The position numbers and the translations under genes are program-made. A DNA stretch of 64,000 nucleotides from IMG/VR virus record IMGVR_UViG_3300031933_000215, positions 1 to 64,000 of that record. One strand, written 5' to 3'. The notes under the pieces were generated by a model. The model did not search any database. It had not been told where the DNA came from and was given only the letters and a program-made list of their open reading frames with translations. Shown in pieces: positions 29,396 to 39,905 of this stretch. How positions within the stretch are numbered: position 1 is the first letter of the stretch; every line of letters begins with the position of its first letter.

Positions 29396-29602
29396 CACCG
29401 ATAGGGGACCTCCGGGTCCCCGCATCTTTATTTTTTTTTAGTCCCCTTTGGAGATAGGAAAAACTACGCGAGGTGTCGATAGTCTAGGAGGCAACTTCTT
29501 TGTATAAACAGACCGCGTTAAACCGAAATCAAGGACGGTTAGCTTCCTCTTTGGGAAGTCATTGGCTCCAAAGTACAAAGGGATTACATAAGGAGAGTCA
29601 TC

Positions 29603-30019
29603 ATGCCCAGTATCTACGATGTCCAAATCGGACAGCGTTTCTCGTTTGAGGTTTACCCCACGTCGATCATTGGTAACAATTTCCAAGACGTGCGACTGGA
29701 AGGTATCCTCAGTGCCCGCGCGGCCGCTTCGTATGGTTTTGACATCGAAGCCCTTCACGCGAACGTGTATCCAACCCTGCCCCAGGGCTCTGCCCCGAAC
29801 GACCCGTTCCAATACAGCTACATCCGCATACAGTACCCCTCGGGTGAGTATGCCATTGTCGGGGTCCCCTGGATTCGCCAGGAGTCCATCGTGATCTCCA
29901 GCGGCGGGACCATCCATTTGACGTTCGACGACAAAACCCAATCCGACCTGGACCGTATTCTGATGGCCCTGTCAAGCAATGGGTATCGTCCGGACGATGT
30001 AAAAGTACAGACTCAGTAA
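29603..30019 (+). CDS. Conserved phiKZ-like protein upstream of DNA polymerase
   Basis: AAGGAG RBS; beta-rich 138 aa ORF. Confidence 0.7.
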   Translation: MPSIYDVQIGQRFSFEVYPTSIIGNNFQDVRLEGILSARAAASYGFDIEALHANVYPTLPQGSAPNDPFQYSYIRIQYPSGEYAIVGVPWIRQESIVISSGGTIHLTFDDKTQSDLDRILMALSSNGYRPDDVKVQTQ

Positions 30020-30153
30020 GCGTCTCCACGTGTGTTCCTAAGCCCTGTAAACATGCGTCTTCGCCGCCCCCGTCGTGGGGCGGTTCTTTTTTGCCGTCGC
30101 ACCGGTGAAACAAATACGCCCTCACCCAATGTGATAGGCAGAGGAGAGAAACC

Positions 30154-32280
30154 ATGGAAAACCCATTTGTACTACCCGACGACAATTATCAACGCGACCT
30201 GAACATCATTGCCGGCTATTACGACGATGCCGCCAAGTACCTGCAACTTCAGACCGGTCAGTCGTTTGATACCTGTTTGGATTATGTGCGGTCTCGGGTA
30301 CATCCGGGAAAACCCAACGGATTCAACGATCCCCGAGCGTTGGTGTTGTCGAAAGACGAAAACGGCGATCGGGAACCAACCACCCAAAGCTTCATGCAGT
30401 TCTTGACCCGTGTGACCAAGAACAACCTGCTGTTGTCGCCCAGCATGGCGGCCTACATGCCGGAAGATCAGAAAGCCTCCACCCATGCAAAGTACATCGA
30501 AGAAGGGGTGGGTAAACGGAAGAAAGTCAAAGGGCAGATGTTCGAGGCCGAACGCAACGGCGACGACGAATTGGCGCTGGTGAAGAAGGGTGAACAGAAT
30601 AACCTGAAGATCAACAACAACTCTTACTCCGGTGCGACGGTGTCAACCGCCACCATCCTTTATTACAAGTCGACCCACAGCTCGCTGACGTCCACGTGTC
30701 GGACGGCCACGTCCTACGCCAATGCCGCCAACGAAAAGTTCATCGCCGGGAACCGCCATTACTACAACCCGGAAATTACCAAGTCGAACATTCTATCACT
30801 GATTAATGGGGCCGACCTTGAACTGATTGATCAAGCGTGTCGGGAATTCGATCTGGTATACCCGACCCCCAAGGACGTGGTGGACTGCGTGCGGTATTCG
30901 AGTGTGCAGTATTGGGACGGTGAGGAGCACCTCCAATCCATTATGAACATGGCTGAAACCATGACCCCCACTGAACGGGCGGCGGTGGTGTATGTTGCCG
31001 ACCTGTACCACCTCCACAAACACAACCCCAAGTTTGTGGTGAACTTCTTGATGGAGCTGTCGTCGGTGGGAAGTCCCGATGCTGGGGTGACGGACGAAGA
31101 GTTCAAGTCGTGTGACGACGATGTGCAGATGCTCGCAAACTTCCTGTGTTACGATCTAGTGGACGGTCGGAAAACGGAGACACTACTGGAGGAAGCGCCA
31201 GAGGTGTACGAGATGATCAAGAGCAGCGGCTTGAACGTCATCAACGTCCTACACAAATACAAGTCAATGATCCACGCATTCTGGTTGACCAAGACCGTGC
31301 CCAGTTCTATTCACGCGTTCCCCAGCGCGTACCGCAAGGCAGCGGTGGTATCGGACACCGACTCGACCATGTTCACCATGCAGTACTGGGTCGAACAGTG
31401 CTTCGGTCACGTCAGTTACGCGGTGGAAGCCCAACGCGTGGTGTTCGCCATGGTATTCTTGGTCAGCGAACTCATGCTACACATTCTGGCGATCCAGTCG
31501 GCAAACATGGGCGTGTCGAAGAAGAAGCTGCGCCTGTTGGCCATGAAGAACGAGTTCTACTTTGCCGTGTTGTCAATGACGACTCGGTCCAAGCACTACT
31601 ACGCTTCTCAGGACGCGCAAGAAGGCTTGATGTTCCCCAAACCCAAGCTGGAAGTAAAAGGCGTGGGTCTGCGTGATTCAAAGGTTCCCAAGAAGATCAA
31701 CGATGGGGCCAAGGATCTGATGGAAGACATCATCGGTACCATTAAGGCCGAAGAAAAGCTGAACATGCGGGAGATCTTGAAGCAGGTGGCGGACATTGAA
31801 CGGGAGATCGCGTCGAGTGTCCAGAGCGGTTCGTACGAGTACATGACGTCCGGTCAGGTAAAGTCCAAAGAGTCTTACAAGAACCCGGAAGTGTCAAACT
31901 ACATGCAGTACGAGTTGTGGCGGGATGTGTTCGCCCCGTTCTTGGGTAAGACCAAAGAGCCGCCGTACTCGGTGGTTAAGGTCTCACTGGTGGCCAGCAA
32001 CAAGACGGAGATCGAGGAGTGGTGCAAACGGATGGGCAACGACAGATTGGCCACGCGCCTCAAAGAATGGTTGCTTCAGCGCCGGCGTACCAACCTGTCA
32101 ACCCTGTTGATCCCACAGGAAGTGGTGGAAACCACCGGGATACCGAAAGAGATCATCGCCGGGGTCGACACCCGCAAACTCATCTTTAACACCATGGGGG
32201 TATACTACCTGATGTTGGAGTCGTTGGGAATCTTCAAGCAAGACAAGAAACTCGCACGACTGTTGTCCGACTACTATTAA
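30154..32280 (+). CDS. Family B DNA polymerase, polymerase-domain subunit (phiKZ gp50-like)
   Basis: K...N..Y helix motif (NLKINNNSYSG), catalytic VVSDTDS, KHYY, LEVKGVGL. Confidence 0.85.
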   Translation: MENPFVLPDDNYQRDLNIIAGYYDDAAKYLQLQTGQSFDTCLDYVRSRVHPGKPNGFNDPRALVLSKDENGDREPTTQSFMQFLTRVTKNNLLLSPSMAAYMPEDQKASTHAKYIEEGVGKRKKVKGQMFEAERNGDDELALVKKGEQNNLKINNNSYSGATVSTATILYYKSTHSSLTSTCRTATSYANAANEKFIAGNRHYYNPEITKSNILSLINGADLELIDQACREFDLVYPTPKDVVDCVRYSSVQYWDGEEHLQSIMNMAETMTPTERAAVVYVADLYHLHKHNPKFVVNFLMELSSVGSPDAGVTDEEFKSCDDDVQMLANFLCYDLVDGRKTETLLEEAPEVYEMIKSSGLNVINVLHKYKSMIHAFWLTKTVPSSIHAFPSAYRKAAVVSDTDSTMFTMQYWVEQCFGHVSYAVEAQRVVFAMVFLVSELMLHILAIQSANMGVSKKKLRLLAMKNEFYFAVLSMTTRSKHYYASQDAQEGLMFPKPKLEVKGVGLRDSKVPKKINDGAKDLMEDIIGTIKAEEKLNMREILKQVADIEREIASSVQSGSYEYMTSGQVKSKESYKNPEVSNYMQYELWRDVFAPFLGKTKEPPYSVVKVSLVASNKTEIEEWCKRMGNDRLATRLKEWLLQRRRTNLSTLLIPQEVVETTGIPKEIIAGVDTRKLIFNTMGVYYLMLESLGIFKQDKKLARLLSDYY

Positions 32281-32341
32281 CGACATAAAGCCTTTCTCTA
32301 AGCGCCACCGTGGACTGCTTAGAGGAAGGCCCTTATTGCGT
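32280..32341. terminator. Bidirectional terminator between convergent genes
   Basis: GCCTTTCTCTAAGC...GCTTAGAGGAAGGC long hairpin; tail motif on both strands. Confidence 0.7.
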
Positions 32342-32637
32342 CAGTGCAAAACCGTGGTAGGTACCGCACCTTCTTCTTGGGCGACGGCGTACCGGACGTT
32401 CAGTCCCGTTCCAATGGGGACCAAGAAGGAGTGTACAACGTCTGGGTCGTGAGGGAGTGTGAACTCCAGTTCCATTAGCTCCCCGTCTTGAACCATCTGT
32501 TCAAGGAACTGGCCGGAGAACAAGGCGCGTTCTTCCTCCGACAGTTTTCCGATCAGGTCCAAGGGTTTCAACCCCTTGTAGTATTCAACCAGAGTCAATA
32601 CTTTTTCTTTTACGTCCGCTTCGGTTTTAAGCTCCAT
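32341..32637 (-). CDS. Hypothetical protein
   Basis: AAAGGA RBS before ATG 32637. Confidence 0.6.
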   Translation of the reverse strand: MELKTEADVKEKVLTLVEYYKGLKPLDLIGKLSEEERALFSGQFLEQMVQDGELMELEFTLPHDPDVVHSFLVPIGTGLNVRYAVAQEEGAVPTTVLH

Positions 32638-32665
32638 AGCGATTCCTTTTAATGCAAGTGATGTT

Positions 32666-33763
32666 TCAACCCCAACCGTGGCCCTTACTGTCCAGGTGGT
32701 CAATAAGGTCACGAATCTCTTTGCGGTACTGCTTGACAACGGCGGGACTGCCGACACCAGAGAAGATGCTGTCGTTGCTGGCATCCACCAAACTGGTGTA
32801 CAGGTTGTTGAGGTACGTCCGGTCGCCTTTGTGCTGTTTCACTCCGGTCTCTAGGATGTAACGCATGTACGGTAGCCGTGCGATCTGCAATGCCCAGTCG
32901 TTGTGTCGACTGACCGGGTCTTTTGGCAGCTCCATGACTTGGTACAGGTTTTCTTTGATCAACATCGGGGTCCGGTAAGGGATTTGCTCGATGTCCACAT
33001 CCCGCCAAGCCTGACTGTCAAGCAGCCATTTGCCAAATCGATCCACTCGACCTGAGTAATCGGCCAGATAGAACGGATGCGGTGTTGGGTACTTCGGCAT
33101 GCCGATCCCACGGGAGAGTCGGGCCACGCGATTGAAGACCGCAATGTCCAGATAACTCGCCAGACTGTTGGGTAACACAAAACTGCCAATGAATCGAAAC
33201 ACGCTTTCGGGCTGATCGTATTGTTCGGCCTTGGCTTTCAACCAATACCGATACTGGATGGCCAACAGTGGGATGTCAATGACCGACACGCCCCAGCCCT
33301 TACCGGGGAGTTTGTTGTTCGGAACCGGCATCCCTAAGTCGGTGCGGGTGTGGTAGAGGAACGTAAACGGAGCCCAGTCCTTCCATTCCCGATCGGCCCG
33401 TTTCAGATCGGTGTTGCCTTCCGAGGCGATCAGGATCTCATCGGTCTGAGGTCCAAGACTCACCCCGGCTTCATGTACACGCCCACGATACGTACTGGAG
33501 GTGATGTTAAACGCACGAGCCACACCCACTGACGCGTCCTCAACAAACCGACGATACCGTTCGTCGTCCAGGTCCCACCGCCGTGGTATGTGCATAAGAA
33601 TCCGACCTAGGAGGTTGTCGGAATCCACCCGTTTCGGGTTACGTCGATAGTACGCTCGGACGTCGTTCAGTGACCGGGTGTAGAACCGCCGAAGAAAAGC
33701 CAACTGGGGGTAAACGAGCGCACCGGTTTTACGTCTGGGTGGTTCGCGGAAAAACTGATGCAT
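32666..33763 (-). CDS. Conserved phiKZ-like protein (gp52-like by synteny)
   Basis: About 365 aa ORF between DNA polymerase and chimallin. Confidence 0.65.
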   Translation of the reverse strand: MHQFFREPPRRKTGALVYPQLAFLRRFYTRSLNDVRAYYRRNPKRVDSDNLLGRILMHIPRRWDLDDERYRRFVEDASVGVARAFNITSSTYRGRVHEAGVSLGPQTDEILIASEGNTDLKRADREWKDWAPFTFLYHTRTDLGMPVPNNKLPGKGWGVSVIDIPLLAIQYRYWLKAKAEQYDQPESVFRFIGSFVLPNSLASYLDIAVFNRVARLSRGIGMPKYPTPHPFYLADYSGRVDRFGKWLLDSQAWRDVDIEQIPYRTPMLIKENLYQVMELPKDPVSRHNDWALQIARLPYMRYILETGVKQHKGDRTYLNNLYTSLVDASNDSIFSGVGSPAVVKQYRKEIRDLIDHLDSKGHGWG

Positions 33764-33791
33764 GACGTATGTCCTGTTTCCAAAGGTTTTA

Positions 33792-33804
33792 AGATCTATA
33801 TCAT
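33792..33804 (+). promoter_or_regulatory. Putative early promoter (AGATCTATATCAT)
   Basis: Recurrent motif preceded by a T/A run, about 45 nt upstream of ATG 33848. Confidence 0.5.
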
Positions 33805-33847
33805 CCGGGTGCAGGCAACACACTGCACAACTAAAAAGGAGTCAACG

Positions 33848-34285
33848 ATGAAAAACGAAAGTCTCGCTGCGGTTCGCAAAGCGATTGAAGAGCTCCGGAT
33901 CGTAGAACAGTCCCTGATGCTCGAAAGTAAAGGGGGTGAACAAAAGAACATCCCAACCAACGAGGTGCTGCAAAAACACCGTACCGATAACAAGAGCTGG
34001 CGGGTGACTCCGGAAAAGCCAGCGGTGGTCGCATCGTTTGCGTTTGAAGATCCGAACGAGGTCCCCACTTACCCGCACATCACAACTTTCACTCAGGATT
34101 CCAAGACCCTGTTGGAACTGTTCGATGAAATCCGGGAGTATATCGCAGACCAAACAAATGACGGTAAAGTCATTACTTATGTGGATATGCGTTTGGCATC
34201 CAAGGGTCTGACGTTGGATGTGGTGGACAAAGAAGTCGAACGTCCAGAAGAAAACAACGCGTCGGAAGATACCGACGATCAATAA
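33848..34285 (+). CDS. Hypothetical protein
   Basis: AAAAGGAG RBS. Confidence 0.7.
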   Translation: MKNESLAAVRKAIEELRIVEQSLMLESKGGEQKNIPTNEVLQKHRTDNKSWRVTPEKPAVVASFAFEDPNEVPTYPHITTFTQDSKTLLELFDEIREYIADQTNDGKVITYVDMRLASKGLTLDVVDKEVERPEENNASEDTDDQ

Positions 34286-34414
34286 AATAAAAACTACTCT
34301 CTGTATCATCCTATAGAGAGAAGTTGTCTCTCGTCTGGGATTACGATCCTGGACTTAAGAGGTTATGCCCCCGACACAAGGCATTTGGTGTTTGTTTGTA
34401 ATGAAAAAAACTTC

Positions 34415-34427
34415 AGACATATATCAC
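34415..34427 (+). promoter_or_regulatory. Putative early promoter of chimallin (AGACATATATCAC)
   Basis: Recurrent motif preceded by an A7 tract; chimallin is known to be an early gene. Confidence 0.55.
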
Positions 34428-34507
34428 ATGCAAGACAATGCCGTGGGTATTGGTTAGAGATCGACGCATCTCACAGGTTAACTGACAAACTGCAAAAGGA
34501 GCCGCTA

Positions 34508-36403
34508 ATGGCTATTCATGACGAAAACGAAAAGCAACCGAACAACACTCAGCAGCCGAAGTCCGGTGCTGAGCAACGTACCGCTCAGAACCCGTACGCC
34601 AACCAGCAAACCGCCGGTGGCGCTGCACCCCAGGGAGGCCGCATGGGCATGGGCAGCCTGAACCAACACCTGCGTCGTTCCGGCTCTTACGATCGCAGCG
34701 AGTCCCGCTCTTCTGAGGCCCTGCGCGGTCTGCAGGAAACCCGTCGTGTACTCCTGGAGTCCCAAGCTCTGCAGGACGACTTTGAGCTGATCCGCTTCGA
34801 CCGCGATGCCAACCGCGTTGGCCTGCCGGCCATCCTGGCGACCAAATCCATCAAGCAGCAAGGTCAGGTGTACACCGTGGTTCGTACGCTGCTGCTGGAA
34901 GCTGAAGGCATCCGCCTGCAACCGCGCATCGAGCAGAACGGCATCCAGCGGATCGAGATCCCGACCCGTGCCCAGGACGTGTTCAACGATGTGTACTGGA
35001 ACCGGATCACCGATTTCCTGCGTCGTGCGAAAGGCGTCCAGGACATGACCGTGGTCGATGCTGGTCCGCTGGTGGTACCGGCCGACTTCGATTTCAAGGA
35101 CGACATGGATGTTTCCCGCATCCTGATCTCTTCTGTCAACCGTTGCGATGACATCATCGCTCGTCTGATGGGCGAAGATCCGTTCTCCATCGAGCTGTTC
35201 AAGCGTCAGGAAGAGCGTCTGACTGCGCGAATCGACTTCACTGGTGAGCAGGTCCACAACGTGGTCGGTCACCCGGTCCGTAGCGACGTGGTTGTTACCA
35301 TGAACCGCGCCGTGGCCAACGTTTCCCAGGAAGAAGATTTCTACGAGCGTGAAACCTCGTTCAACAGCGTGGCAGGCTTCATCAACCTGGAATACGCACC
35401 GGCGCCGCAGCAGCAGCAAGTGGCCTGGGGTCAGCAGCAGCCCGAAACCCAACTGTTCACTCCGAGCTTCGTCATCACTGACGTGTCTCAGGCGGACTGG
35501 ATTCAGGCACAGACTCCCGAGCTGTACCTGCTGGCGATCTCCAACGCTTACCGCGTAACTGCTGGTACTGCGTGGGTTCGTAGCTTCCTGCCACAGGTTG
35601 GTAAGGAAGGTGTGGACACTCGTGACATCGGCGCGCTGGGCTACATGACTCAGGCCGGTCAGAAGATCGAAACCAAGTCCGATAGCTTCACCGACGAGGA
35701 CTTCGTGAAACTGATGACCGCTCTGGTTCGTCCGAACCCGTCGTTCCTGATGGACGTCGACCCGGTTGGTGATCACGCTGCCATCGAGAACTACTTCGTG
35801 GACGCAGCTTTCGAAGGTCCTAACCAGCAGAAGGCGAACCAGAAGCTGATCCAGGCAGCCGACAACCTGACCGGTGGTCGTTTCTCCACTCACTTCAACG
35901 CGCGGGAAAACGCTCTGGTGATCCCGTACGGCCAGGAAGTGCACACCGGTTACTACATCGGTGAAGACGGTGAGAAGCGGGACATCCGCGATCTGGACGT
36001 TCTGGCCATGCTGAACCTGACCAAGGGCAACGTGTCCGACTTCATGGAATGGTACCGCACCCTGTGCGATAACACCATGCCTCCGGGCGTACGTCTGCAG
36101 CAGCGTGAGCGTTACGAACGTCAGTTCCTGGACAAGGGCCTGAAGATCACTGGTCGTGCAATTCGCCTGCTGCTGACCCCGGCGGCCATCGAGGCGCTGG
36201 ATGCAGCAACTCGCGAAGCAGGTCTGCACGTGGACATGGAAAACGTTACCAGCGTCATGGGCGCTCAGCGTTTCGTGGGCAACACCATGATCAACCAGTA
36301 CACAGTAAGCCGCAACGCCAACATGGGTTACGGTCAAGCCAACAACGGTCCGGCCTCCGGTCCGGCTCACGTTGGTGTGACTTCCAGCGGCCGCATGTAC
36401 TGA
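34508..36403 (+). CDS. chmA: Chimallin, major phage nuclear shell protein (phiKZ gp54-like)
   Basis: 631 aa with disordered N- and C-terminal segments; very strong codon bias; lies between DNA polymerase and the nvRNAP beta' gene, the position of chimallin in phiKZ/201phi2-1. Confidence 0.85.
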   Translation: MAIHDENEKQPNNTQQPKSGAEQRTAQNPYANQQTAGGAAPQGGRMGMGSLNQHLRRSGSYDRSESRSSEALRGLQETRRVLLESQALQDDFELIRFDRDANRVGLPAILATKSIKQQGQVYTVVRTLLLEAEGIRLQPRIEQNGIQRIEIPTRAQDVFNDVYWNRITDFLRRAKGVQDMTVVDAGPLVVPADFDFKDDMDVSRILISSVNRCDDIIARLMGEDPFSIELFKRQEERLTARIDFTGEQVHNVVGHPVRSDVVVTMNRAVANVSQEEDFYERETSFNSVAGFINLEYAPAPQQQQVAWGQQQPETQLFTPSFVITDVSQADWIQAQTPELYLLAISNAYRVTAGTAWVRSFLPQVGKEGVDTRDIGALGYMTQAGQKIETKSDSFTDEDFVKLMTALVRPNPSFLMDVDPVGDHAAIENYFVDAAFEGPNQQKANQKLIQAADNLTGGRFSTHFNARENALVIPYGQEVHTGYYIGEDGEKRDIRDLDVLAMLNLTKGNVSDFMEWYRTLCDNTMPPGVRLQQRERYERQFLDKGLKITGRAIRLLLTPAAIEALDAATREAGLHVDMENVTSVMGAQRFVGNTMINQYTVSRNANMGYGQANNGPASGPAHVGVTSSGRMY

Positions 36404-36423
36404 TCGGTAACGATCGGCAACCA

Positions 36424-36460
36424 CTAAGAGAGGGTCTTCGGGCCCTCTCTTTTTTTGTTC
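36424..36460 (+). terminator. Terminator after chmA
   Basis: AAGAGAGGG TCTTCGGG CCCTCTCTT followed by a T-run. Confidence 0.8.
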
Positions 36461-36485
36461 CTAACCTCAGAACGGAGAACTCCGT

Positions 36486-37931
36486 ATGGGCATACATACC
36501 GAGATGGTTGACTTCGATGAAGAGTTCATGCAGCTCGATATCGAACCCATTGTGGTCAACGATTACAACACCAGTATCCCGGAAGAGAAGGAGGCATTGG
36601 ATCGACATCTGTACACGCACTACCAAGGAACCGATGTCATTGAAGAAGCCGCTTCGTGTGACTGCGGTCGATTGACCAAGGTGTACCGGATTGGCGTTGT
36701 TTGCTCGGATTGCAATACCCCCGTCCAAAGCACGACCGATCGTCCGATAGAATCCATGCTGTGGATTCGAGCGCCGGAAGGGGTGAAGGCACTGTTCAGT
36801 CCGGAAGCGTGGATGGTCCTGGAACCGGCCATGCGGGTTCGGGAGTTCAACATCCTGGAGTTCCTGACCAACACGGATTATCGGTACGACATCAACCGGA
36901 TCAACTCGAAAGAGACCCGGCGTAAGATCAACAAGCTGGTGTCCAACAACATCCCTCGGGGATGGAACAATTTCATCGAACACTTCGATGAGATCATGGA
37001 CTTTCTGTTCAACGCCTCCGTCATCGATTCCAACAAAACCAACAAGCGGGAGTTGTGGCGGTTCATTCAAGAAAACAAGGCACGGTTCTTCCCCAAGCAC
37101 CTGCCGATTCCATCCAAGGTGTGTTTCGTTGTGGAGTCCACCACCAGTGGGGTTTACATCGACAAACCGTTGGGACTGGCAATGGATGCGGTACTGACCA
37201 TCGCGTCCATACGGTCGGCACCGGTGCCGTACAAGCCCACCGTGGTTCAGAATCGGGTGGCGAAGTCCGTCCGTGAACTGACCAAGTTCTACCACGAATA
37301 CACACGCAGCCGTCTGGCGAAGAAGCCGGGGATGTATCGGCGGCATGTGTTCGGGTCACGACTGCACTTCAGTGCTCGGGCGGTTATCACCTCCATTTCC
37401 GATCCTCACGAAGGAGACGAACTGCACATCCCTTGGGGGCTGGCCACCCAGCTGTTCAAGTACCATCTAGCCAACAAACTGCTGAAGCGCGGCTACAGTG
37501 CCAATGGCGCACTGGAGTTCATCTACAGCAATGTGTTACGCTACAACCCACTGTTGGACGAGCTGTTCCAGGAGCTCATCAACGAGGCACCGGACGGTGG
37601 TCCTGCGTGTGTGTTCCAGCGTAACCCGACCCTGCAACGGGGGTCAACCCAGCAGTTTCGGATCACTCGGGTGAAGACGGATGTGAACGACAACACCGTG
37701 TCGATGTCGGTCTTGACGCTCCGGGCCCCGAACGCTGACTTCGATGGCGACCAGCTGAACATGATCCTGATCCTGGATAATGAGATGCGTCGCGCCACCG
37801 CACGACTGGCCCCGCATCTGTGGGTGTTGTCGCCGGACATACCGCGTCAGATCTCAGGCAACTTGGAGCTTCAGGGTCCAGTGGTGGACACCGTGGTCAA
37901 CTGGCTACATGCCGACTACCTGTCGGCCTAA
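36486..37931 (+). CDS. Non-virion RNA polymerase beta' subunit, N-terminal part (phiKZ gp55-like)
   Basis: Zn site CDCG...CSDC, RRHVFGSRLHFSARAVIT, QRNPTL, catalytic NADFDGD. Confidence 0.92.
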   Translation: MGIHTEMVDFDEEFMQLDIEPIVVNDYNTSIPEEKEALDRHLYTHYQGTDVIEEAASCDCGRLTKVYRIGVVCSDCNTPVQSTTDRPIESMLWIRAPEGVKALFSPEAWMVLEPAMRVREFNILEFLTNTDYRYDINRINSKETRRKINKLVSNNIPRGWNNFIEHFDEIMDFLFNASVIDSNKTNKRELWRFIQENKARFFPKHLPIPSKVCFVVESTTSGVYIDKPLGLAMDAVLTIASIRSAPVPYKPTVVQNRVAKSVRELTKFYHEYTRSRLAKKPGMYRRHVFGSRLHFSARAVITSISDPHEGDELHIPWGLATQLFKYHLANKLLKRGYSANGALEFIYSNVLRYNPLLDELFQELINEAPDGGPACVFQRNPTLQRGSTQQFRITRVKTDVNDNTVSMSVLTLRAPNADFDGDQLNMILILDNEMRRATARLAPHLWVLSPDIPRQISGNLELQGPVVDTVVNWLHADYLSA

Positions 37932-37946
37932 TAAAAGGAAACTGCA

Positions 37947-38315
37947 ATGCAACAAAACGAACCGAACGCAACAAAGCCACACAATCCCGACGCCGAAGGT
38001 GGGACGATGAAAGTGACTTTGGGCGAGGACAAGCAAACGCAACCCACAGTTAATATCTCTGTGACCAGCAACCTGCCTCACATTGGTAAGACCGCCATCG
38101 CAGTGATCATCACGGACGCCCTGCTGACGCAAGGCTTTGAAAACGTTCGAGTGTTTTCGATGGATGGGGATTTCCCGAAACACGCCAACCGGGATCTCCT
38201 TACCGTAGACGATCTTGCCGTTGAACCGTTGATTCAGATCGACGACACCAACGGGTATGGGATCGGTGAATTCACCACACAGTTTAAAGTGGGGCCTAAA
38301 ACCCAAGGGGGGTGA
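37947..38315 (+). CDS. Hypothetical protein
   Basis: AAAGGA RBS. Confidence 0.6.
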   Translation: MQQNEPNATKPHNPDAEGGTMKVTLGEDKQTQPTVNISVTSNLPHIGKTAIAVIITDALLTQGFENVRVFSMDGDFPKHANRDLLTVDDLAVEPLIQIDDTNGYGIGEFTTQFKVGPKTQGG

Positions 38316-38317
38316 TC

Positions 38318-38935
38318 ATGGCACAGTACGTACCAGGCGGTGCCGATCTCATTGACATCATGGCCGGTGGACGCCCCGACGAAGCCACCCGACAGTGGTT
38401 CGCCGAACGGGCCGAGGTGGTTCAGCAGAACCTGACCAACACCAGCCGGGCGTTCTTTGATCGGGCCCGGAGCCTGTATCAGACGATCTCCGAATCGCAA
38501 GCGCTGCAGATGCTGCGGAACCTCAGGACCAAGAGCGACGATGTGTGGTCGGGCAACGTGATCGAACCACTGCGGACGCTGGAGTCGATCCAGACCGCCT
38601 CGCCGGTCATGCAGCGGATGATCATGGCTCAGCCGGATCTGCGCAAGCGGTACCTGAACCAAGAAGTGGAAGCGTACGGCGACAACTACACCAACTTCCA
38701 CGGCGACGTTTGGGGTGCGATGCACTTCGACTACCGACGCGTCATGGACGGTGTACTGGAATTCGAAGACGAGTCCAGTTACGTCATCCGTCACTTCATC
38801 GACTACATGGAAGAGGACGAACGCAACCTGTCAACGCACGAGAAGATCGACATCCTGAATACGTGGGATGTGGTGAAACGTCTGTTAGACGAAGGCGGGG
38901 AAGACCCCACCTCACCGGTAGGCAACGACCTCTAA
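38318..38935 (+). CDS. Conserved phiKZ-like protein
   Basis: GGGG RBS; followed by a hairpin plus TATGCCGT. Confidence 0.7.
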   Translation: MAQYVPGGADLIDIMAGGRPDEATRQWFAERAEVVQQNLTNTSRAFFDRARSLYQTISESQALQMLRNLRTKSDDVWSGNVIEPLRTLESIQTASPVMQRMIMAQPDLRKRYLNQEVEAYGDNYTNFHGDVWGAMHFDYRRVMDGVLEFEDESSYVIRHFIDYMEEDERNLSTHEKIDILNTWDVVKRLLDEGGEDPTSPVGNDL

Positions 38936-38997
38936 CGGTAATAAGGAAAGGGCCCCGATCCGGGCCCTTTCTATGCCGTTGGATTGAAACTTTTTTA

Positions 38998-39010
38998 AGA
39001 CACATATTAC
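38998..39010 (+). promoter_or_regulatory. Putative early promoter (AGACACATATTAC)
   Basis: Motif variant after a T-run, upstream of ATG 39070. Confidence 0.45.
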
Positions 39011-39069
39011 ACTCATGGTAACTTGAGTTACTCAAATCCCCTTTTCACTTTGTTGAAGGAAACAAAACA

Positions 39070-39396
39070 ATGACGACTGAAGGTTCCCCGTACCAAGAGC
39101 TGGTCGATCTATTGCGCAAGTACGACAGCTTGCCCGATATGTCCGAGTTCGAATACGAGTATGTCTCGGCTCAGAGCGAGCACGTTGACCGCTACACGCC
39201 CGAGGCCAGAGAACTGTTGGAACAGATCTGCTCCATGGCCAACCATGAATTGATCGACGACAATGGTGCGCCTAAGTACGCGGCAATGAACCAACTGGAA
39301 TACGAAGGTTTCCGGGTGAGCCCGGGGGAAACCGACTCCTTTGGTTGGTTGTCCGGGCTGATCAACACCCGCAACGGCTGGATCGTTTTCGGGTAA
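39070..39396 (+). CDS. Hypothetical acidic protein
   Basis: AAGGA RBS. Confidence 0.7.
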   Translation: MTTEGSPYQELVDLLRKYDSLPDMSEFEYEYVSAQSEHVDRYTPEARELLEQICSMANHELIDDNGAPKYAAMNQLEYEGFRVSPGETDSFGWLSGLINTRNGWIVFG

Positions 39397-39487
39397 CATG
39401 CGGCGGTGGGGACCATACCCACCGCTTTCCTATTTTTTTTTTAGTCCACGGAAGGATAGTATGGTAACCCGCAAAGGAGAAACAGTC

Positions 39488-39892
39488 ATGGGTAAAAGTG
39501 TTCCTACACTGTCGTCGATCGGATGGATATCCACGGTCGAGGAGAAAGGCGATTTTGCCTTGTCGTATTTCATCACCAGCGAGTATTCACAGTCAGTCCT
39601 CCATCAAGGGCAGATTGTGTCGCTCCAGTACTTGGTGAAAGAATTCGGGTCGAACCCCATGAAGTTGGAAACCGAGATTTCCAACGCGTTGGAAGGTTTG
39701 ATGGAGCGGTACTTTGATGACAGCGCCACGTCGCGCGTGGTTGTCTCCGAGCCTGACCCAGAGAAACCGAACGAACTAACAATACGCTTCTGGTGTATTG
39801 TACGTGAGAATGGCCGGGAGTATTCGCTGGGACGCAGCGTTGTGTTAACCGATTCCCGGATCAGTAAGATTGCGAAACTGAACAATGGGTAA
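39488..39892 (+). CDS. Conserved phiKZ-like protein, possibly gp25-like baseplate fold
   Basis: AAAGGAG RBS; helix-then-strands pattern; the fold call is a weak inference. Confidence 0.5.
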   Translation: MGKSVPTLSSIGWISTVEEKGDFALSYFITSEYSQSVLHQGQIVSLQYLVKEFGSNPMKLETEISNALEGLMERYFDDSATSRVVVSEPDPEKPNELTIRFWCIVRENGREYSLGRSVVLTDSRISKIAKLNNG

Positions 39893-39905
39893 TTGAGGTA
39901 CACAT

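Noticed and set aside
34505-36424. 639 aa antisense ORF covering chmA (similar ones at 12947-13792, 43011-43889, 36291-37346)
   Set aside because: Explained by codon bias: highly expressed genes avoid TTA, CTA and TCA, which removes stops from the mirror frame. The translations lack protein-like features.
866-37931. Inteins or introns in NrdJa, terminase, DNA polymerase or nvRNAP beta' N-part, which are common insertion hosts
   Set aside because: All are continuous ORFs of expected size with no splice-junction motifs.
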